Below are positions 1 to 8,588 of a DNA stretch of 64,000 nucleotides, one piece after another. Source of the DNA: Meiothermus sp. (GTDB lineage: Bacteria; Deinococcota; Deinococci; Deinococcales; Thermaceae). Each line of letters begins with the position of its first letter. The first letter of the stretch is position 1. The stretch spans positions 6,431 through 70,430 of the forward strand of contig NZ_JBBINI010000014.1 in assembly GCF_037443965.1 (NCBI RefSeq). Direction: 5' to 3'. A model generated the notes under the pieces. That model searched no databases, had not been told where the DNA came from, and worked only from the letters and a program-made list of their open reading frames with translations. The position numbers were made by a program, and so were the translations under genes.

Positions 1-211
1 CGCCTTGTTGCAATTGCTGGGGGGATAGCGAGAGCAGCTTGTTCAGGGCCCCCCGCACCTTGAAGCTTCCGGTGGGCTGAAGGTTTTCCAGCTTCAAGTG
101 CACCTCGGCCCCAGTGATGTGCGAGAGGGCCGGCGAAAGCTCCAGCGGCGTCTCGCGCAGGTAGGGCCGCAGGCGGGCGTGGGCCTGCCGGATGGCCAGG
201 GGCCAGTTCAT
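1..211 (-). CDS. Threonine/serine dehydratase family PLP enzyme (5' part; runs off the window)
   Basis: Own translation from ATG at 211: MNWPLAIRQAHARLRPYLRETPLE...HLKLENLQPTGSFKVRGALNK, the fold-type II PLP motif SFK.RGA. Not in the ORF track. Confidence 0.8.
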   Translation of the reverse strand, partial: MNWPLAIRQAHARLRPYLRETPLELSPALSHITGAEVHLKLENLQPTGSFKVRGALNKLLSLSPQQLQQG

Positions 212-218
212 GCTGGGC

Positions 219-1571
219 TCAGGCCCCCACCGCCAGGGTCTGGTAGGTCTCGCGGATGGCCCCGGCCACCACCCCCAGGGCCTCGCGCAGCATGGCCTCG
301 GGGATGTCGAGGGCGGGCAGGAAGCGGATGCAGTTGGTGTAGAGCCCGGCCCGGATCAGAATCACCCCGCGGCGGGAGGCCAGTTGGATGGTTTGCATGG
401 CGAACTCCTGCCAGGGTTCTTTGGTTGTGGGGTCTTTGACGAACTCGAGCGCCATCATGGCCCCCAGCCCGCGCACGTCGCCCAGCACCGGGATTTCTTT
501 TTGCAGGGGTGCGAAGCTCTCGCGGATGATCCGCTCGATGTGTTGGGCCTGCTCGAGGAAGCCCGGCGATGTCAGGATTCGCAGGGCCTCGAGGGCCGCC
601 GCGCAGGCCAGCGGGTTGCCGCCGTAGGTGCTGCCTACCCCGCCCAGATGGGGGCTGTCCAGAATCTCAGCCCGGCCAGTGACGGCGCTGATGGGCAGGC
701 CGGCCCCCAGACTCTTGGCGCTGATGAGCAGGTCGGGCACCACCCCGCTGTGCTCGATGGCCCAGAGCCTTCCGGTGCGGCCCGAGCCCGACTGAATCTC
801 GTCGGCGATCATCACCGCCCCGGTCTGGTCGCAGACCTCTCGAATCTTGCGCAAAAACTTGTGCGGCACCGGGATAAAGCCTCCCTCGCCGATCACCGGC
901 TCTATCACGATGGCCGCCAGGGCCGAGGGGTCAATGTGCGCGGTAAGGGCGTTTTCCAGGTTCCAGCAGGCCCAGTCTACGTACGCCTCGGGGGTCATGC
1001 CCGGCGGGGTGCGGTAGAGGTTGGGCACCGGCAGCCGGTAGACCTCGGGGGCAAAGGGGCCAAAGCCCTTCTTGAACAGGCCCCATTTGCTGGTCATGGC
1101 CATGGTCAGGTTGGTGCGCCCGTGGTAGGCCCCCTCGAAGACGATAATCCCAGGGCGTCCGGTGTAGCGGCGGGCAAACTTCACGGCGTTTTCCACCGCC
1201 TCGGCCCCGCCGTTGGCCAGAAGGGTCTTTTTGGGGAAGTCGCCAGGGGTGATGCGGTTCAGGGCCTCACAGACCGCCACATAAGGCTCGTAGTTGGCCA
1301 CGATGCTGCACATGTGCAAGAGCTCGTTTGCCTGGGCTTTGAGGGCCTCCACCACGCTTTGGGGGGTGTGCCCTACGGCCAGTGCCCCAATGCCGCCGGC
1401 CAGGTCGATGAGGGTGTTGCCGTCCACGTCTTCCACCAGCGCGCCGTGGGCTTTCTTAACCGCGATGGGGTTGGCCTGGGCCAGCGCGCTCGAGACGGCG
1501 GCGGCCCGGCGGGCCTGGAGTTCCTGGCTTCTGGGGCCAGGGATGGGGGTTTTGAGCTGGATATAGGCCAT
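219..1571 (-). CDS. gabT: Class III aminotransferase, 4-aminobutyrate aminotransferase-like
   Basis: 450 aa; DLAGGIG, EAVENAVKFAR, YHGRT, IADEIQSG, SAKSLGAGLP (PLP Lys), GSTYGGNP. Confidence 0.85.
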   Translation of the reverse strand: MAYIQLKTPIPGPRSQELQARRAAAVSSALAQANPIAVKKAHGALVEDVDGNTLIDLAGGIGALAVGHTPQSVVEALKAQANELLHMCSIVANYEPYVAVCEALNRITPGDFPKKTLLANGGAEAVENAVKFARRYTGRPGIIVFEGAYHGRTNLTMAMTSKWGLFKKGFGPFAPEVYRLPVPNLYRTPPGMTPEAYVDWACWNLENALTAHIDPSALAAIVIEPVIGEGGFIPVPHKFLRKIREVCDQTGAVMIADEIQSGSGRTGRLWAIEHSGVVPDLLISAKSLGAGLPISAVTGRAEILDSPHLGGVGSTYGGNPLACAAALEALRILTSPGFLEQAQHIERIIRESFAPLQKEIPVLGDVRGLGAMMALEFVKDPTTKEPWQEFAMQTIQLASRRGVILIRAGLYTNCIRFLPALDIPEAMLREALGVVAGAIRETYQTLAVGA

Positions 1572-1722
1572 AGATTCCTCTAATAGTTGCTAGTCGCTGG
1601 GCCGACCCCCGGCAATGCTCGAAGGGGTCGAAACAGGGCTGGTCAAAGGGTCGAAGCAGGCAGACCAGGGCTTACCAGGCCAGTGGGGGCGGGATGCACG
1701 CCTTTTGCACATCCATTTGCCT

Positions 1723-2994
1723 TTAGCTTAGCAGACCGTACAGCGCGCTTAAAACCTGCTCTTCCCAGCGGGTGTAGGCCGAGTAGAGGCCCCTATGCTG
1801 GGCGGGGTCACAGCCCTGGCCCCCCAGGATGTACACCAGCGCGTGAGCGGCCTCGAGGTCGAACAGCAGGCCGCTCAGAAGGCCATAGGCATCGCCTAAG
1901 TGGCCGAACCAGGGCCGGGGGTGGCCCTGCACCGGGCAGTCCTGGCCCGGCTGGTTGGTAAAACGCCAGACCCCCAGCCCCCAGCTTAGGGCCTGGCCGT
2001 TCATCGAATCGCCGTTGGAGCCTTCGAAGATCCATTGGGCTTCCATCATCTTTTGCAAAGTTGCCGCCTTCAAGAACGGGGTCGGCCCCACCCGGCCTTG
2101 GTGCAAAAAAAGCTGGGCTATCCGGGCCAGCTCGAGGGCCGAGGCCCGCAAGCCCCCTTGCGGCGAGAAGAAGGTAGAATTGGTTCCAGGCCGGTAGGTA
2201 TTTAGATCAACGGTAATAAAGCCATTGTCGGGCCGGTCAGGGTTTGGTGTGACGGGGCCCGCAGGAACCACCCCGCGGTGGTCGTCCACCTGCGCCACCC
2301 AGGGGCCAGCCGGGTTCCATACCCCGCCGGTTTGCTTGCGGTAGAGCACCGCTAAGTTGCCCAGGGCTTCCGGGGAAAGGCGGCTAGGGTTGAAGCCACC
2401 CCCCAGGCCCAGGGGGCGCAGCACCTCGTTCTCCATGAACAGGTCGAAGCGTTGGCCCGACGCGCACTCCAGCAGGGTGCCCAGCACGCCGGTATTAAGG
2501 TTGGCATAGCAGGCGTAGCCGCCGGGCGGGTGGGCCGGGTCGAAGTGAGCGCCCCCCTCAAAAAAACGCCCCTCTGGATGAAAAAAGTCCTGCAAGGTGT
2601 AAGGGCTGGGAATGGAGTAGCGCGAGCCGTCGCGCAACGAGGAGGTATGCGAGAGCAGGTGCCGAACCCGGATGGTCGCCTGTGGAAACGCCGGGTTGCG
2701 CAGGGGAAAGCCCAGGTACTGGCTGACATCGGCCTCGAGGTCGAGCTTTCCCTGCTCCACCAGCCGCATGGCCCCCAGCGCCACTACCAGCTTGGAGATC
2801 GAGGCCACCCGGAAGCGGGTCTGATGGTTCACGGGCAGACTTTGGCTGGGGTCGGGGTCAATGTGGCGATACCCAAACGACTGGGCATAGACGACTTCCC
2901 CGCTCCGAACCACCGCTACCTGTAGGCTGGGAACGGCACAAAAGGAGTTGCCGAGCAGCGGTAGTAGGCTTTGGCTAACCTTTTCAGGCCCCAT
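1723..2994 (-). CDS. Serine hydrolase, beta-lactamase/class C-like family
   Basis: 423 aa; SxxK (ASISK), LLSHTSSL, YAN, GHLGD.YG motifs. Confidence 0.85.
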   Translation of the reverse strand: MGPEKVSQSLLPLLGNSFCAVPSLQVAVVRSGEVVYAQSFGYRHIDPDPSQSLPVNHQTRFRVASISKLVVALGAMRLVEQGKLDLEADVSQYLGFPLRNPAFPQATIRVRHLLSHTSSLRDGSRYSIPSPYTLQDFFHPEGRFFEGGAHFDPAHPPGGYACYANLNTGVLGTLLECASGQRFDLFMENEVLRPLGLGGGFNPSRLSPEALGNLAVLYRKQTGGVWNPAGPWVAQVDDHRGVVPAGPVTPNPDRPDNGFITVDLNTYRPGTNSTFFSPQGGLRASALELARIAQLFLHQGRVGPTPFLKAATLQKMMEAQWIFEGSNGDSMNGQALSWGLGVWRFTNQPGQDCPVQGHPRPWFGHLGDAYGLLSGLLFDLEAAHALVYILGGQGCDPAQHRGLYSAYTRWEEQVLSALYGLLS

Positions 2995-3069
2995 TAGCCC
3001 AGATTGTATCGGGTGCGTGCAGAGGGCTTTTCACAAAAATGTACCAAGTATATACGGTGCCCACCCAAC

Positions 3070-3098
3070 TTGACTATAACCTCCAACCCTGCCATACT
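3070..3098 (+). promoter_or_regulatory. Sigma70-type promoter of the lipoprotein cassette
   Basis: TTGACT (3070-3075), 17 nt, CATACT (3093-3098); then an 8-bp inverted repeat (3102-3109/3120-3127), GGAGGT RBS (3133-3138) and ATG at 3149. Confidence 0.65.
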
Positions 3099-3148
3099 GA
3101 ATCAGGCTATCTCGAAATGTAGCCTGAACTATGGAGGTGTATTCAGCC

Positions 3149-4902
3149 ATGCGTGTTTCTGTCGTTGGTCGTTGGTCGTTGGTCGTTGGTCGTTGGTCGT
3201 TGGTCTAGTCCTGTTGCTGGCGGCGTGCGGGACGCAGCAGGTCAAAACTGCATATGATGCACAGCCATGGGATGGTGAACCGGTGCCGCTGGCCCTGGCC
3301 CAAGCCCTGACCCTGGGGATGAAGGTTTCTGCGGGTGGTGTGAGCCTGCAGGAAGCGAAGGGCTACAAATTTGCCCGCGAAACCGTTTATGACCTCTCCC
3401 TCAAACCTTTGCATCACCTGTTGTTGGTGGGTCCAGAAACCGCCGATTTTTGGAGCACCATCGCCAACCCCAAAGACAAAAACTACGCGCTGTACGCGAT
3501 TGGTGCAACAGATAAACGTAGCTTCTTTTCGTTCATCCTGCCTGCCGCCAGCTTCAAGAGCCTGACCGAAACACGAGCCAGGGCAGGATCGTTCAAGCGC
3601 TTCTTGAGTCCAGCGGCAGGGGTGCTGTACCTGGAAGACAACACAGGACGGGTTTGGGATGTGAATACCGCTACAGAAGTGAGCGCCGAGCAGATGCAGG
3701 TGTGGCGCCAAGCCCAGCGGGTGCTGTTCGAGCAGCGGCAGAAGGATGGGATTCTGGACAAAATTAAGGAAGACTGGGACAGACTTCGCGCTGAAGCCAG
3801 CCAGAAGGGACTGGCCCAAAGCGGGGGGCTCCCCACCCTGGACGAGGTTACCCTGCCCAACGGCCACCTCGACGTGCCCAAACTGCTAAACGCACTGGAA
3901 GCCCAGAAAGCCGCCAGGGGGGTTAGCGCCAACTACACCAACGAACGGGCCTGGTGCATGGGCTGGTTCTGTGCGGGTATGGGTTATGCCAGTGTGGTGC
4001 GCAAGAACCGCTACAATGGTGACCTGGCGAATAACAACCTCTACAACCCGGATAACCCCGAAGACTGCACCACAGCCAACAAGTGCCGGATTACAAGCGA
4101 CATTCGTAACGCGGACTTGGGCAACTGGCAATATATACCTAATTTCCGCACCGTTCCAGATGGCGGTTACTGGGGTGCTTGGGATTTTGGCCTTTCTGGG
4201 TTGCCACCGCTGGAGTATGTTGGTTGTGGGCCTATGTCCATCGTGCGCGTTTTTGCATGGTATGCCACTCAGCGGAGTGCATTTGGCAGTGGTGCGAACG
4301 TGAATTTCGTAAATGCGAACGCTACGCCCCCCAGTTCAGCACGGGATGTTGCCCACCAGATGTTTGAACCGGTTCACCTAGGTGGAAATGCGTATCAACC
4401 ACGCATAGCCCGCTACACCGATACCTGGTTCTTCATGGGAGGTGGCATGACCCGCGATACCAACATAATTCCCGGTGCCAACAACTGGATTCGAGATAAT
4501 GCCAGCATAGAGGGCAAAAACTGGGAGATGCGCGGCAGCCACAAAGCTTTTGTTAACTTTGTATATGCCGGAGCTACCCTGACCATCGTTGGGCTTCCCA
4601 TCGCCTGGATAGACTTCAGTCAACATACCTGGCGCGTGCGCGATATAGCGCGTGGCAAGATTGGTCGGGACAATGAACCGGTGATTGCGCTGTATCCCAC
4701 CGGAGGAGGTGGGGGCCTCGAGGGTCACTATGCCATGTCCCAGGCTTACATTGTGCATGAGGGCTGGTTCTCTGCAAATGTGTTGCTATGGATTACCAAT
4801 ATTCAAGAAGATTGGAAGAAAGATGCTCGGGCAGGAAGTTTTGTTAACGTGACCGATATGGCCGCTTACTACAGTGGTGCGTACGGCATGTACCGGAGGT
4901 AA
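3149..4902 (+). pseudogene. Large lipoprotein with putative papain-like Cys/His peptidase domain; frameshifted in the signal peptide (possible phase-OFF state)
   Basis: RBS-ATG 3149 hits TAG at 3206; the lipobox LLLAAC and the rest of the protein are in the frame of ORF 3004..4902. Motifs YVGCGPMS and LEGHYA. Confidence 0.65.
3161..3205 (+). repeat. Heptanucleotide tandem repeat (GTCGTTG)6 plus GTC
   Basis: Six perfect copies counted directly at 3161-3202. Confidence 0.95.
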
Positions 4903-4907
4903 CCTCA

Positions 4908-5357
4908 ATGTACAAGTGGCTTCTAACTGTGCTTGCTTTGCTATTGACAGCATGTCCTGTTTTTTCCTTCCATAATGCGCCTGCCATCCCAATTGAATAC
5001 AGAGCAGCGGGGGTGTGCCAGGGGGTGGAACTAACCAATAACAATGCTGATGGCCAATGGAGCATTCATTACATGCGGCGACCTGAACCTCATAACACCA
5101 ATCTTCCATCAGGACAGGCTGTTCGTATCCCCGATCCCAACCCCTCACCTGAGTTGACCTTATATGTGATATCGAGGGAATTAATGAGGACCGGTTCTGA
5201 GTTTGAGGTCGATCTCAGCTGGCGGTGTTTGCCGGATAAGCAGCCCGAACGGGTTCGGTTTACCTACCGCTGGTCTCGTGAGGGATTGGTAATCACAGAG
5301 GATGCCAGCCTGGCTTCTGGGCTTAGGATTGTTCAAGAGAGCCGAAACGCTTGGTGA
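4908..5357 (+). CDS. Small lipoprotein A (putative inhibitor/immunity partner)
   Basis: 149 aa; lipobox LLTAC; RBS GGAGGT overlaps the upstream stop; paralog of 5754..6200. Confidence 0.8.
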   Translation: MYKWLLTVLALLLTACPVFSFHNAPAIPIEYRAAGVCQGVELTNNNADGQWSIHYMRRPEPHNTNLPSGQAVRIPDPNPSPELTLYVISRELMRTGSEFEVDLSWRCLPDKQPERVRFTYRWSREGLVITEDASLASGLRIVQESRNAW

Positions 5358-5744
5358 GTGCGGCAACAGATACCCCCAAGCCTTGGCCCGATATTCCGCA
5401 CCCTCCTCACTCCAGGTGGCAATATGCCCGCAAGATATGGATTACCGCAGCGCTGCACATTGATAGACTTCAGTCAACACACTTGGCGGGAACGCGGCAT
5501 TGTGTGTGGAAAAATTGGTCGGGACAATGAACCGGTGATTGCGATGTATGGGCTGGGCACTTTGGGCCACTTTGCTATGTCCCAGGCCTACATTGTGCAC
5601 GAGGGCTGGTTCTCGGCGAATGTGTTTCTGTGGATCAGGAGAGAAGCAGACTACAGGAGGCAAGATATGTTGCAAGGTAGTTTTGTCAACGTTACCGACA
5701 TGGGCAGTTACTATAGCGGGGCATATGGAATGTACAGGAGGTAG
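5358..5744 (+). pseudogene. Orphan copy of the C-terminal ~95 aa of the large lipoprotein
   Basis: 5462-5744 is homologous to 4608-4902 (IDFSQHTWR, KIGRDNEPVIA, AMSQAYIVHEGWFSANV, YYSGAYGMYRR); no signal peptide or catalytic Cys. Confidence 0.8.
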
Positions 5745-5753
5745 GTGGTTGCG

Positions 5754-6200
5754 ATGAAGTTTTACTGGCTGTTTCCCCTCCTGGCCGTTGCCTTAGCAGG
5801 ATGCGTGTGTTGTTACACTGTACCTAGCACCGAAGCAGAATACACATCAAAAGGGGTATGTTCGGGGGTTGAGCTGACGACCAACAACCAAAAAATAACG
5901 GGTATTCGCTACATGTACAGTACAGAGGGTAGAACAGACTCGGTACTTCTGACACCAGGCCAGCCTGTGCGCATTCCAGACCCGAACCCTGAGCCCAGGC
6001 CAACCTACTATGGTCTTGGTTTTGATGGCCCTGTGCGCAACTCAGCGGAGGTAGACCTTACCTGGAGGTGTTTGCCGGATAAATCGCCCTTAAGGGTACA
6101 GTTTATCTATTATGTCGGCCAGTTCCCGAAAAAAGAGCTGCGGATTACGGAAAACCCGGCCTCGCCCCACGGATTTGACATCGAAGTGGTGAATCTCTAG
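5754..6200 (+). CDS. Small lipoprotein B (paralog of A)
   Basis: Lipobox LAGC; shares GVC.GVELT.NN, GQ.VRIPDPNP and EVDL.WRCLPDK with 4908..5357. Confidence 0.8.
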   Translation: MKFYWLFPLLAVALAGCVCCYTVPSTEAEYTSKGVCSGVELTTNNQKITGIRYMYSTEGRTDSVLLTPGQPVRIPDPNPEPRPTYYGLGFDGPVRNSAEVDLTWRCLPDKSPLRVQFIYYVGQFPKKELRITENPASPHGFDIEVVNL

Positions 6201-6249
6201 TGTGCGAGCACCTCAGATCAAGGACACTGCAAGGAGGGGTCAGCAGGTT

Positions 6250-7278
6250 TTACCGGCTCTTGACGGCCGTCCAGACCTCGTCGTAGAGGCGGGTGTCTTT
6301 GCCCAGATCGAGCACAAACTCGAGCTTCTGCATGGTCGTGGTATCGGGATAGATGGCCGGGTTCTTGCGGTCTTCGGCGTTGATGAAAGGCAGCGCGGCC
6401 TTGTTGGGGGTGGCGTAGCGGTTGAAGTTGGAGAGCTGGGCCCCAATTTTGGCGTCCAGAATAAAGTTGATGAACTGGTGGGCGGCCTCGGGGTTGGGGG
6501 CTTTGGCCGGAATGGCCATGTTGTCCAGGAATAGGGCAGCTCCTTCCTTGGGTACCACAAAGTTCACGTTGGGGTTCTCGGCAGCGGCCTTGAGGGCATC
6601 GCCGTTGTAGACCACCGCGTAGGTGGCTGTGCCGGCGACCAGGCGGTTCTTGGCCCCCACGCCGCCTTCAAAGCCCAGGAAGCGGGGGTTTTTCTTGGCA
6701 TTCAGAAGCACCTGGCCGGCGGCCCGCACCTCGGCGGGGTTCCGGGTGTTGATGGACTTGCCCTGGAAGCGCAGCGCCGCCCCCAGCATCTCGCGGATGG
6801 AGTCCATCAGCACGAAGGGCTTATCGGCCCCGGGCCCCAGAATCACGCTCCAACTGGTGGGGGTGGGGACGCGGTCTTTGCGGTACATGATGCCCGACAT
6901 GCCCCACTGGTAGGCCGCGCTGTAGCGGTTGCCGGGGTCGAAGGGCGGGTTGGCAAACTTGGGGTCGAGGTTTTTCAGGTTGGGGATTTTGCTTTTGTTA
7001 AGGGGCTGGATTAGCTTGAGCTGGATCAGGGTGGGGATGATGTAGTCGCCCGGTACGATGACGTCGTACTGCGAGACCCCCCCGGCCTGGAGCTTGGCCA
7101 GCATGTCCTCATTGGATTCGTAGAGGTCAATGCGTACCCGCAGGTTGAACTTTTGCTCGAAGGCTTTGATGATGGCCGGGTCCATGTACTCCGACCAGAT
7201 AAAAAGCCGCATTTCGCGTGGCTGAGCAAACGCCAGTGACAAAGCCAGCAGGGTCAATAGGGCCACAAAACCTTTCAT
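6250..7278 (-). CDS. potD: Spermidine/putrescine ABC transporter substrate-binding protein
   Basis: Signal peptide; WSEY, YESNEDM, YDVIVPGDY, YQWG, PKEG..LFLDNMAIP. Confidence 0.9.
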   Translation of the reverse strand: MKGFVALLTLLALSLAFAQPREMRLFIWSEYMDPAIIKAFEQKFNLRVRIDLYESNEDMLAKLQAGGVSQYDVIVPGDYIIPTLIQLKLIQPLNKSKIPNLKNLDPKFANPPFDPGNRYSAAYQWGMSGIMYRKDRVPTPTSWSVILGPGADKPFVLMDSIREMLGAALRFQGKSINTRNPAEVRAAGQVLLNAKKNPRFLGFEGGVGAKNRLVAGTATYAVVYNGDALKAAAENPNVNFVVPKEGAALFLDNMAIPAKAPNPEAAHQFINFILDAKIGAQLSNFNRYATPNKAALPFINAEDRKNPAIYPDTTTMQKLEFVLDLGKDTRLYDEVWTAVKSR

Positions 7279-7300
7279 CAGGGGTTCCTCCTTATACCAA

Positions 7301-7342
7301 CTCTACGCGTGAGTGACGCATATGGCATCACTCACTTGCCGC
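7301..7342. repeat. 42-bp REP-like hairpin repeat, copy 1
   Basis: 36/42 identical to 45123-45164; GTGAGTG..GC stem. Confidence 0.75.
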
Positions 7343-7588
7343 TTAGGTTCCGGCTGTGCTAGTGCTTCGCACCAGGATCGCGTAAGCGACTTTGCCTGGG
7401 CGCATCCGAGGGTCTCTTCCATAGCTTTTCGGGTCAGTCATGCGCAGAACCTGTGCTACATTTTACTGCAGTCTATCGGTGTGGGTTGAAGTAATTATTA
7501 GCGAACACTACCGATTGGCCGCGTCCTGGCAGGCCCTGTGTGGGATGGTTCCCTCAGGTGGAGCAAGCTCGCAGATCAAAAAAAGCCA

Positions 7589-8374
7589 TCAGCGACGGGT
7601 CAAACGTTCGGAGGTCAGTACCAGCAAAACGGTCGCCAGAAAGATCAGGGTCGAGAGGGCGTGAATTTCCGGCGTGACCCCCCGCCGCACCGAGGCGTAG
7701 ATGAGCAAGGGCAGGGTTTGGGAGGTAGGGCCAGCGGTGAAAAAGCTAATCACGAAGTCGTCCAGCGAAAGCGTGAAGGCCAGCATGGCCCCGGCCACAA
7801 TACCTGGGGTCAACAGGGGCAGCAGTACCCGGCGTACATAGTAGCCATAGCTGGCATAGAGGTCGCGGGCAGCCTCGTCAAGGTCGTGCCCCAGGCTCTT
7901 GAGGCGGCTTCGCACCGTGAGGGCCACAAAGGCCACCTGGAAGGTGACGTGTCCCAGAACCATGGTGGTCATGCCCAGCTCGAAAATGCTCGAGAGGGTT
8001 CGCAAGGCTCCAAAGGCGACCACCAGCGCCACAGCCAGGATGATGTCGGGCGTAACCACCGGAAGATAGAGAATATTCTCCAGAAAACCCGAGCTGCGGC
8101 GAGGCCAGGGATAGCGCTCCAGTGCAATGGCCAATAGGGTGCCCAATACGGTGGCAATGAGGGTGGAGACCACCGCCAAGAACAAGGTGTTGCGGGCGGC
8201 CTCGAGGATATCGGGGTTGTTCAGGAGCCGCACATACCAATCCCAGGTGAAGCCGCTCCACTGCATCCCGTAGCGGGTTTTGTTGAAGGACAGAACGGCC
8301 ACTGCCAACATGGGCAGATACAAGAATGCCAGGGTAGCCAGAGCAGTGAGGCTGATCCAGGGGTTCAGGCGCAC
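7589..8374 (-). CDS. potC: Polyamine ABC transporter permease PotC
   Basis: VLSFN, LGHVTF, EAARDL, FTLSLDDF; start moved to GTG 8374, which has a GGAGG RBS. Confidence 0.88.
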   Translation of the reverse strand: MRLNPWISLTALATLAFLYLPMLAVAVLSFNKTRYGMQWSGFTWDWYVRLLNNPDILEAARNTLFLAVVSTLIATVLGTLLAIALERYPWPRRSSGFLENILYLPVVTPDIILAVALVVAFGALRTLSSIFELGMTTMVLGHVTFQVAFVALTVRSRLKSLGHDLDEAARDLYASYGYYVRRVLLPLLTPGIVAGAMLAFTLSLDDFVISFFTAGPTSQTLPLLIYASVRRGVTPEIHALSTLIFLATVLLVLTSERLTRR

Positions 8375-8550
8375 GGGCCGCCTCCGATTGTGTTCAGAGT
8401 CGAGGGTCTTGGCTGTGCTGCGGCAAGGTTGACAGACGGGTGGAGAAGCGACCTTGAACCAAGCCCACCCCCGGCACCGTACTCGAGCGGCTTCTGGCCT
8501 ATGCATCGTGCAGGCATATCGTGAAACCACTGAGCGTCGAGTGCTGGCCT

Positions 8551-8585
8551 GACCCTCGACCCTTGACCCGTGGCTCTCGACCTTC
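8551..8585. repeat. Degenerate heptamer tandem (GACCCTC-like x5)
   Basis: gaccctc gaccctt gacccgt ggctctc gaccttc, just downstream of the potB stop. Confidence 0.5.
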
Positions 8586-8588
8586 GCC

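Noticed and set aside
192-1583. Long antisense ORFs (also 9784..10776, 16756..18615, 42435..44195, 63084..63962 and others)
   Set aside because: They shadow well-supported genes on the other strand, as expected in high-GC DNA, and show no recognisable motifs.
3126-3136. 10-nt match to the reverse complement of the 38343/42266 repeat
   Set aside because: Too short and overlaps an RBS; likely chance.
3004-3148. ORF-track start at 3004 for an intact 632-aa protein
   Set aside because: It lies upstream of the predicted promoter, has no RBS and would bury the lipobox about 75 residues in.
7343-7588. sRNA or riboswitch in the potC-potD and potB-potC spacers
   Set aside because: No recognisable aptamer or promoter-terminator pair; an Rfam search would be needed.
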